Of a DNA stretch of 64,000 bases, positions 57,088 to 64,000 are shown in pieces. The stretch's first letter is position 1; every line of letters begins with the position of its first letter. The DNA lies in IMG/VR virus record IMGVR_UViG_3300042013_000103. One strand, 5' to 3'. The translations under genes and the position numbers were made by a program. The DNA is from a virus (lineage: Duplodnaviria; Caudoviricetes). The notes under the pieces are model-generated. The model had not been told where the DNA came from. It saw nothing but the letters and a program-made list of their open reading frames with translations, and did not search any database.

Positions 57088-59088
57088 TTACGCGCGTTTC
57101 AACAGGATAGCGCCTTCCACCAGGTACCCACGGATCACGTCCAGGTAAATGCCGTCAGCCGTGATCAGACGCATGCGGCGTTTGCCCAAGGCGTTCGCTT
57201 CTTTCGCACGCTTCCACATACCTTTAACGATTTCCACGATCAGTTCATTCGACTGACGGGCCAGCAGGACCGGCTCGCGTTGAATGTTCTGGGTGCAGAT
57301 GTCGGCCAACAGCCACGGCAGCTGGAAGTTGGTGTAGTGGTCGATGGCGAAGATGTCGTCACGATCGTCCCCGTCCATGGAGAAACGTTCCACGGTCAGG
57401 CCGCGGGCCAGGATCAGTGGGGTGGCGTTGGTGAGCAGGTCACGCAGTTCGGTGCTGTAGTGCTGGGCCAGCACGTCCATGAGCTCCACCACGTCGGTCG
57501 CGAACGATTCGATGGTGCAGTTCTTCACGGACAGGCTGTCACGCACAAAGGCGTTGACGGTGTCGGTCAGGCGCTTGTCCAGGAAACGGAAGTAGCGCGC
57601 GGGCAACAGGCCTTGGGCAACCAAAGCATTCAGTTCGTGTGCGGCCAAACCCAGCGAACCGGAGGTGGCGATCTTTTGCAGCTCTTCCATCGTGTCGAAG
57701 CTGATGTCGAGCTGGTGCATGCACATGCTCTGGTATTCGTGGGCCGGGACAATGTCGTCGGCATCGAGTTCCAGGAGCTCGCGAACTTTCTTCACGGCAG
57801 CCACTTCGTTTTCCAGGTCCGAGCAACCGACGAACGCGCTTTCCACAACCACCGGGTTGGTGGCTTGGGCCAGTTTGGTTTTGTCCACCATTGGCGCAGC
57901 CGGGATGGCGGCGACGGTTTCTTTGGAGATGTTCGCCAGCACGAACGCGTTGGCTTTCACCACGCCATTCGGGCGGTATGCTTGACGCTTCAGTTCGTCG
58001 TCGATTTCATGGTTCAGGTAGTTCAACATTGGGGACCACTCAACGAAAGTGTCCTTGATCGTCCCGTCCGGGAACTTGACCAAGAACCAGCAGTATTTCA
58101 ACGGGTCGGCCGCTGGGGTGTACGGGGCTTCGTCGCCCACGGTACGGCGCCAGTCAGGAACCAGGTGAGCGGGACAGATTTCGATGCCACCTGGGTTATA
58201 GATAAGGTCGAAAGGACGGTCCTTGTTTGGTGTGTAGCCCGTTGGGATATAATAGAACGGATCCACTTTGATCTGGGTGACGTCCATCGGCACCGGGAGG
58301 GTGGTGTCGAGGAACTTGACCGCTGGCGCAGCAGGTTGCTGAGAATGCATGATGGCGTTGCCCTGTTGTGGAGTGTTGGATTGACCGGAAGTCCACTCGG
58401 CCACTGGCACCATGACGTCCGGCGGAGGAATGTCCGCGTTGTCAGGGTAGTCCACGTAGCTGGTGGGGGCTGGGGCATGGTGGGCACCTTGCAGCGCCGT
58501 CCCCGAGAAGTTGTTCATGGCCATGTTGATTTGTGGACCCCCCATCACGCTCTGGGCTTGTTGCATGCCGCCCATCACACCGCCGCCCATGGTCGGGTTG
58601 TAACCCATGGGTGCTTGTTGACGGTTACGGAACGCTTGCAGGTCCTGCTGGATAGCCCCGATCATGTTGATCGATTCTTGCAGCTGTTGGATCATCGGCT
58701 GGGGGAACTGGCCGTTGTAGCCCTGTGGGTTGTTGGCGAAGGTCATGCCCAGGAAGCCTTTGTAGATCTGCTTCACGGCGATCGCCACGGCTTGTGCCGG
58801 GTTGTTGTACCCCGGTTGCCCTTGGGTGCACATCTGGAACTCACAGAAGTCAATGGCCATCTGGCACCATTGGTTCCACTGCGGGTTCTGGAAGTTGTTT
58901 TGGGCCAGGTGCTGCAGCGCGTGTTGGTGCAGGATGGTCTTGGCTGCTTGACCAGCCCCGCCGCCCGACATCATCACGGTTTGGAACAACCCTGCCATAA
59001 CAGCCTGAGCGACCCCCTGCTGCATCTGCATGAACTGCGACAACTGGACTTGGGCGGGTGGTACTTGCATCTGCTGTTGGTTGTACAT
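57088..59088 (-). CDS. conserved jumbo-phage protein downstream of the nvRNAP beta subunit; Q/M/G/P-rich N-terminal half
   Basis: 666 aa; low-complexity N-terminus, W......PY..A.DP..Y..F.V..PDG motif, Y..HE.D. Confidence 0.7.
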   Translation of the reverse strand: MYNQQQMQVPPAQVQLSQFMQMQQGVAQAVMAGLFQTVMMSGGGAGQAAKTILHQHALQHLAQNNFQNPQWNQWCQMAIDFCEFQMCTQGQPGYNNPAQAVAIAVKQIYKGFLGMTFANNPQGYNGQFPQPMIQQLQESINMIGAIQQDLQAFRNRQQAPMGYNPTMGGGVMGGMQQAQSVMGGPQINMAMNNFSGTALQGAHHAPAPTSYVDYPDNADIPPPDVMVPVAEWTSGQSNTPQQGNAIMHSQQPAAPAVKFLDTTLPVPMDVTQIKVDPFYYIPTGYTPNKDRPFDLIYNPGGIEICPAHLVPDWRRTVGDEAPYTPAADPLKYCWFLVKFPDGTIKDTFVEWSPMLNYLNHEIDDELKRQAYRPNGVVKANAFVLANISKETVAAIPAAPMVDKTKLAQATNPVVVESAFVGCSDLENEVAAVKKVRELLELDADDIVPAHEYQSMCMHQLDISFDTMEELQKIATSGSLGLAAHELNALVAQGLLPARYFRFLDKRLTDTVNAFVRDSLSVKNCTIESFATDVVELMDVLAQHYSTELRDLLTNATPLILARGLTVERFSMDGDDRDDIFAIDHYTNFQLPWLLADICTQNIQREPVLLARQSNELIVEIVKGMWKRAKEANALGKRRMRLITADGIYLDVIRGYLVEGAILLKRA

Positions 59089-59112
59089 GAAGGATACCTT
59101 TTAGCTGCGGAA

Positions 59113-60747
59113 TTATGGATTACGTTTAAAGCGTTTCTGGGTCCGGTCGATGAGCTCGCGGATCTCAGGACGGCGTTTGATCAACCCGGTGAAGTGCACG
59201 TTGGCGTACATGTTAAGACGCCCACGGCCATCGGGGTTGTTCTTCGGTTGGTTCTTGTACTGCACCACTTCGGCCAACGACGCGTGGATCAGACGAGAGC
59301 TGTCACCAATCAAAGACTTGTTATGGCCTTTGCTGGACTTCGCTCGGTCTTGTGGGACCAGCAACGACGTGACCCGAATGACTTTGTTGTCCCCTGGGAT
59401 GTTCAGCGTATCGAACTCGCCGTGTTCCGAGGTCAGCTTCTTGATACACGTGTTGAGTTTGAACGACCGCTTGAGGCCTTCGTTCAAGGCTTGTGCGGTC
59501 CAGACAATGTCCCGACGCGATTGGAACATGTACGCAAACATACTGACGGCGTAGTTGAACTCGTCCATCACGTAGCGCAACACCGACAGTCGCTTGTTGT
59601 ACATGGACGTTTCATCAATGTCCGTGTCGTAGAAGTGGTGCGCCATCTTGGTCAACAAGCAATGCAGCAGTTCCCAGATGTCCGTGACCTCAATGCCGAC
59701 GGTCGCCAGTTCATCAATGGTCATGCCATCCAGGGATTTGTCAAACCCCGCCAAGTGCGTTTCGATGTTCTCTTCCACCTTGCCTTGGTGTTCGAAATCC
59801 CCGAAGACCATGTGGCCGAGCAACGTCCGCCAGAGCTTGTAGTTGTCCGCCCACGACGGTTCCACGAAGCGCCCTGGAAAGACATCGACCACGTACCAGA
59901 AACCCGCCACCAGCGACGACACGAGCTCCGAGTCTTGGTGGGTTGGAATCACCAACACCATGTCACCGGTAGGGTGCTTGCCCAGCAACGAGGCGGACTG
60001 GAACACAGTCCATTGGTCACGGGGGTATTGTGCTTCCGGGAAGTCTTTCAGGTACCCGATCTGCACGTCCGCGTTCGCCCAACGCTTGAAAGTCTGGATC
60101 ACCCCAAACTGGCAGAAGAAGTAATGCGCGATGCACGACTCAATCCGTTCCCGTTGGTTGAGGTCTTTCTTGGTGCGTTTCCCCATTTCGTTGTGGATTT
60201 GACTCCAGATCACGTAACGGATTTCACGCTTCCCATTTTTGAAGAAGTGTTTGTCGGTTTGCTTGAACGTTAGCTTGGTGCGCCGAAACGGAATGAAGAT
60301 CGCACCATTGAGGACCGAGAACCCCACGTCGGTGGCCACTGGAGAAACGGTGTACGACGCTCCGTTCAACGTGGTGATGCCACCGGGCCTTACAAACGGC
60401 AACAGCACGCACCGGGGCATCAGATCGATCCCTTGGTACGAGAACTGCAGCTCCACCATGTACGTGTTCGAGGGCGCAATGTTGGCAATGCGCTTCGAGC
60501 CGTACTCCCGTGTGATCTCGGCGAAGTGCCGGAACGGATCACACATCTTGTTCCCTTTGTACTTAAAGTCTTTCGGGAACAAGGCCGTGTTGATATGGAA
60601 CAGTTGATCGATGTACTTACGGGTGTTATTCAAGCCCGTTTCTAAATCGTCGATCGTCATCATGTGCTCGCACGCCAAGCCTTCAGCTAAGGACTTGTTG
60701 AATGCGGGCGTCCGGTCTTTGATACGTTTAATGAGTTCCACGTCCAT
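59113..60747 (-). CDS. non-virion RNA polymerase beta-like subunit, N-terminal part (phiKZ gp123-like)
   Basis: TPAFN..LAEGLA, LPFVRPGG...LNG.SY.VSPV..D.GFS, RTKLTF, H.S.AEV..Y.NQPK.NPDGRGRLN; lies three genes from the MCP gene. Confidence 0.8.
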   Translation of the reverse strand: MDVELIKRIKDRTPAFNKSLAEGLACEHMMTIDDLETGLNNTRKYIDQLFHINTALFPKDFKYKGNKMCDPFRHFAEITREYGSKRIANIAPSNTYMVELQFSYQGIDLMPRCVLLPFVRPGGITTLNGASYTVSPVATDVGFSVLNGAIFIPFRRTKLTFKQTDKHFFKNGKREIRYVIWSQIHNEMGKRTKKDLNQRERIESCIAHYFFCQFGVIQTFKRWANADVQIGYLKDFPEAQYPRDQWTVFQSASLLGKHPTGDMVLVIPTHQDSELVSSLVAGFWYVVDVFPGRFVEPSWADNYKLWRTLLGHMVFGDFEHQGKVEENIETHLAGFDKSLDGMTIDELATVGIEVTDIWELLHCLLTKMAHHFYDTDIDETSMYNKRLSVLRYVMDEFNYAVSMFAYMFQSRRDIVWTAQALNEGLKRSFKLNTCIKKLTSEHGEFDTLNIPGDNKVIRVTSLLVPQDRAKSSKGHNKSLIGDSSRLIHASLAEVVQYKNQPKNNPDGRGRLNMYANVHFTGLIKRRPEIRELIDRTQKRFKRNP

Positions 60748-60757
60748 TCGATGCTAC

Positions 60758-61894
60758 CTACTGATCATACGACGATTTTACTTTTTGGTAGTTGGTGCGT
60801 GCAGTAGATACGTGGTTAGTAAGTGATGCGATACGTCCCAGGTAGTCCACCCCGATCCTCAACCATTTCCCCAGCGGACCCAGTGCAGCCATGATCTCCC
60901 GTTCATCGTTAATGCGACTCCGTTCATTCCCCACTTTCAACCCATCCACATCCAATTTGCGCCCTTCCAGTTCCAACCGCCGAATGTCCAAGGCCAGCTT
61001 CCTTTCCGTGATGGAAACGTAGTCGTGGTCAAACAAAGCGTAGAACCGGTCTTGGTCGTCCTTATCTTTGGGATCCGCGCCCATCGATACGCGGAGCCGC
61101 TCTATGTCCAAGAAGAACCCATATTCCCGATAGTCTTCTGGAGCAATGTACTTCACGTGGACATCATTCTCAAACAGCAATGTGCCCTCCCGCGCACCGT
61201 ACTTTCGAATGTAGATCCCATCTGCCCGTTCCGGGTCTTGTACGGGTTCCAGAAACTCGATCTCATTGCGCACCCGGTAGTACAAACGTTTCGCCCGTTT
61301 GGACGAACTGACGTACGTGCTGACGGTGCCGAACGACAGGTGTTCTTCTACGTCCCTGCCTTTAAACAAGGTTTGTTGCTGAGTCCGGTGCTGGGTCAGG
61401 ACAATGTTGTCCCGATAGCGTGGGTCCCAAATGGTCATGCCCAGTTCTTCCAGATAGATCCCGTTCACGGCATCCCGGATAACGTGCCCTTCCAATTCAA
61501 AGAACACGTCGTATTCAAAGCAGCGTGTGGCGCACAGCTGGTTGTCGTTAATGGCTTTGGCAATGGTGCGTTCAAACCCTTCGTCAAACCACGGGTAGTT
61601 GGCCCGCATCATCTCGAAGTCAAACTTCACGTCCCCGGAAATCTTGAACGTGACCTGCACCACCACCCGGTCCCCCGTCTGGTGTAAATCCGAACAGGGT
61701 TGGATCTGTCCCGCAAAGCCCATGGACGTTGCCGAGGCGTAGCGGTAGCGACTGAGGTTGTACACGTTCGCCGTGATGGTAATGTCAGGAAAGAAACCAC
61801 CGCCATTGTGCCGCGTCCGCGTTTGGTGAAACGCCAACGGGCAATTGACCGCCGGTGGGCCGGTAACGTAGAGGGGTTCAATGGATTCTTGCAC
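60758..61894 (-). CDS. conserved hypothetical protein (phiKZ gp122-like by position) with a C-terminal coiled coil
   Basis: GTG start after AGGAGG; ERKLALDIRRLELEGRKL heptads. Confidence 0.7.
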   Translation of the reverse strand: MQESIEPLYVTGPPAVNCPLAFHQTRTRHNGGGFFPDITITANVYNLSRYRYASATSMGFAGQIQPCSDLHQTGDRVVVQVTFKISGDVKFDFEMMRANYPWFDEGFERTIAKAINDNQLCATRCFEYDVFFELEGHVIRDAVNGIYLEELGMTIWDPRYRDNIVLTQHRTQQQTLFKGRDVEEHLSFGTVSTYVSSSKRAKRLYYRVRNEIEFLEPVQDPERADGIYIRKYGAREGTLLFENDVHVKYIAPEDYREYGFFLDIERLRVSMGADPKDKDDQDRFYALFDHDYVSITERKLALDIRRLELEGRKLDVDGLKVGNERSRINDEREIMAALGPLGKWLRIGVDYLGRIASLTNHVSTARTNYQKVKSSYDQ

Positions 61895-62552
61895 GGATAG
61901 CCCCTCCTGTGAAGGCCAGCTGTTTGAGGGACATCACAAGTGGACCGGTATTCCGCCGATGGTCCCCGTTCGTTTCTTCCGCCTTAGGAGCACCAGCTCG
62001 GGTTGGGATTGAAGTCGTACTTCTTGATACCTCGAGTTCAACCCCTGAGGAGCACTTTGCTGGGAGTACCTCCGCAACAACTGGTACAGCAGCGGGAGCG
62101 TCTGGGACGGCTCCTGCAGGTCCGAGAATACAATCGCTCGGTTGTTCGGGTGCCCCGAGAAATCGACTGGGGGTGGTGTCCACCTCCTGGTCCCCTGGGG
62201 TCGTTACGGCAGCGATCTTTGCCAACAGTTGAGGCGGCATAAACCCAGCATTCGAAATGCCGGTGTAAGAAGTAATGTGGTGCTGTAATCCAGACAGCGG
62301 TGGGGGACTCACAGAGTTATAGCGTCCGGTATAATCTTGTTTTGACAGGGGGTCCTCGCTCAGATAGTCAACGAATATCTCACACAATTCCGTTTGCATT
62401 GAAGGGGTTAGCGGCTGGGTCATTTCAATGACCAGTTCCGCCGCGTGGTTTACAGCCAGGTCATGTGCTTCCATGACGAATGCATGGGTCAGCGCAATGC
62501 CCGTATCCAGTGCCGCTTCCAGCACGGCGCCTAGGCGTTCAAAGTAATTCAT
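61878..62552 (-). CDS. hypothetical early protein with a P/S/T/A-rich disordered C-terminus
   Basis: First ORF after the predicted early promoter; ATG after AAGGGA. Confidence 0.6.
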   Translation of the reverse strand: MNYFERLGAVLEAALDTGIALTHAFVMEAHDLAVNHAAELVIEMTQPLTPSMQTELCEIFVDYLSEDPLSKQDYTGRYNSVSPPPLSGLQHHITSYTGISNAGFMPPQLLAKIAAVTTPGDQEVDTTPSRFLGAPEQPSDCILGPAGAVPDAPAAVPVVAEVLPAKCSSGVELEVSRSTTSIPTRAGAPKAEETNGDHRRNTGPLVMSLKQLAFTGGAIRARIH

Positions 62553-62604
62553 GGTTAGTCCCTTAGATAAAAAGATAATAGGCTAAGCTCTTTGCGTCCC
62601 TTCT

Positions 62605-62630
62605 GTAATATAGTTCTGACTTTTTTTATA
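62605..62630 (-). promoter_or_regulatory. putative phiKZ-type early promoter (TATATTAC with an upstream A-tract)
   Basis: Minus strand TATAAAAAAAGTCAGAAC-TATATTAC in an AT-rich intergenic gap. TATTAC is the known phiKZ early motif, and the operon contains an nvRNAP subunit. Confidence 0.7.
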
Positions 62631-62640
62631 ATGCATCGAA

Positions 62641-62673
62641 CGGCATAAAGCCTCCCCGGAGGGAGGCTTTATG
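62641..62673 (-). terminator. hairpin terminator closing the MCP transcript
   Basis: CGGCATAAAGCCTCCC-CGGA-GGGAGGCTTTATG. Confidence 0.8.
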
Positions 62674-62720
62674 AATGTTACCCTAGGTATCGCTTGGTAA
62701 CACCGTCTTCTAGGTACCGG

Positions 62721-62744
62721 AAAAGACCGCCTTCTACAAGACGG
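62721..62744 (-). terminator. first terminator-like hairpin after the MCP stop
   Basis: Minus strand CCGTCTT-GTAG-AAGGCGG-TCTTTT. Confidence 0.5.
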
Positions 62745-62761
62745 ACATTAACCGGATTCCT

Positions 62762-64000
62762 TCAAGGCTGCAGAGCTTCGATCAGCGGCTTGTTGAAGCG
62801 GGATTCGCCCATCACTTCTTGGAAGCCAGTGATGTCGATTTCGATTGCGAACGGAATGTTGTTGACGTGCAGGTTGAACGGGATCGCAGCGATCTCGCGG
62901 GTAACCTGGTTGCCGCCACGGGTGATCGGCAGGTCAGCAATCACGGTCGGAACGTAGTAGAACTGACCGAACGACAGGATGTCGTTTTCCTGTGGGTTCT
63001 TGCGAGTTGGGATGATTACCAGCTTGCCGTCCCACAGTTCGTTGTTGGTGCACACCAGGTCGTATTCCAGCACAGCGCCGAGGGTACGGTCATCGCCCTG
63101 AGTCATCAGGTAGTTGCCGATCTCTTTGTCAGCCAGGAACAGGAACATTGGCTTCTCATCTTGGTTGCCCGAGATGACGCGGAATGCAGCTTCGATGTTC
63201 GAATCGCGGTAGGCCGGGAACAGCTTGCCTTTCGCGAAGTTGAGGATCGCGTTGCAGACGTCGGACCAACGATCGGTCGAAGTCAGGGTGTCGATCACGT
63301 CAGGCAGGTGCAGCGCGCCGTAACGGTAGGTGGTGCGGATCATGGTGCTGAGAGCGCCTTCCACTTCGCCGAAAGCAGGACGGTCGAAACCGTTACCAGT
63401 TGCTTCTTTCAGCTGACCCAGGTAGTTCAGCAGGCGAGTGATCGCGTTGTTGCTGTTACGCAGGTTGGTGTTGACGGTCAGAGCTTTGACCACTTCGCCT
63501 GGACCTTCGTCATCCAGAGTCGACATCGGCAGGGTAACCGGCGCGTGCATCGGGATTGGGTGACGGAACTGCAGGGCGCGGGTTTGCAGCAGGTGGCCGC
63601 GCTGACGACGGTTGGTGTTGGTGAAACGCAGATCGAGCTCGTAGCCGATCACTTCCAGGTCGCCCAGGGCGGTGATCATGGCCAGGCCAGCACCGGTGGT
63701 CAGGTCGATACGGTTACGGTCTTCGTCGCGGATCTCGGCAACTTCAATGCCGCCATCGGAGAAGCGTGCGTCACCGCGGGACAGACTCACGTGACCGGTG
63801 AAGGTGCAGCTCAGGCGCATGTTCCACTTGGAAGCAGCGAGTTGAGCCATGACCGCGGTAACCGATTCGTCGGTCGCTTTGGTCGAACCGTTGACCGGCA
63901 GGCTTTCGGTGGTGAACACCAGTTGCGAAGTGCGGGTGTCGCCGACCAGTGCAGGCTGGAACACAGCCGATGGCATGCGGTCAACCTTGAACTTGACAAC
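62762..64000 (-). CDS. major capsid protein, C-terminal part (phiKZ gp120-like; 5' end outside the window)
   Basis: Frame stays open to base 64000. RQRGHLL, NSNNAI..LL, R..NIEAA and REIAAIPFNLHVNNIP motifs; strongly biased codons; followed by double terminators. Confidence 0.85.
   Translation of the reverse strand, partial: VVKFKVDRMPSAVFQPALVGDTRTSQLVFTTESLPVNGSTKATDESVTAVMAQLAASKWNMRLSCTFTGHVSLSRGDARFSDGGIEVAEIRDEDRNRIDLTTGAGLAMITALGDLEVIGYELDLRFTNTNRRQRGHLLQTRALQFRHPIPMHAPVTLPMSTLDDEGPGEVVKALTVNTNLRNSNNAITRLLNYLGQLKEATGNGFDRPAFGEVEGALSTMIRTTYRYGALHLPDVIDTLTSTDRWSDVCNAILNFAKGKLFPAYRDSNIEAAFRVISGNQDEKPMFLFLADKEIGNYLMTQGDDRTLGAVLEYDLVCTNNELWDGKLVIIPTRKNPQENDILSFGQFYYVPTVIADLPITRGGNQVTREIAAIPFNLHVNNIPFAIEIDITGFQEVMGESRFNKPLIEALQP

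Noticed and set aside
56830-60273. 1147-aa plus-strand ORF
   Set aside because: It is the antisense shadow of the nvRNAP-beta and 666-aa genes. Its composition is V/H/Q/G-rich with no motifs, as expected when TTA/CTA/TCA codons are rare on the coding strand.
1-64000. tRNA or rRNA genes
   Set aside because: Intergenic gaps are short, and none showed cloverleaf or T-loop (GTTCGA.TC) context by eye.

Overview
This window is a 64-kb segment of a phiKZ-like (nucleus-forming, Chimalliviridae-type) jumbo phage genome, probably infecting a Gram-negative host. Core-gene order follows phiKZ from memory of that family. Reading right to left: the 3' part of the major capsid protein gene, an early operon with a non-virion RNAP beta-like subunit, baseplate/virion genes, the portal, gp131-like tail-tip paralogs, two 2OG-Fe(II)-oxygenase-fold genes, a RuvC-like resolvase, a lysis block (overlapped spanin pair, holin candidate, modular DUF3380 endolysin), a virion RNAP beta C-terminal subunit and a UvsX/RecA recombinase. 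The standout is a ~25.7-kb co-directional cassette (8926-34599). It encodes a 1344-aa collagen-like repeat fibre, seven predicted beta-helix (pectin-lyase-like) tailspikes, one SGNH-esterase spike, a lectin-like partner, a short adaptor and two chaperones. The ten fibre/spike proteins fall into three classes by a shared N-terminal peptide (MSYxQLA..., (L/I/V)G(V/L)LxKLAK..., xxGxExxEVxKR...SAY), which suggests a hierarchical, branched receptor-binding apparatus built by module swapping. All product calls come from motif recognition and synteny; no database search was run.
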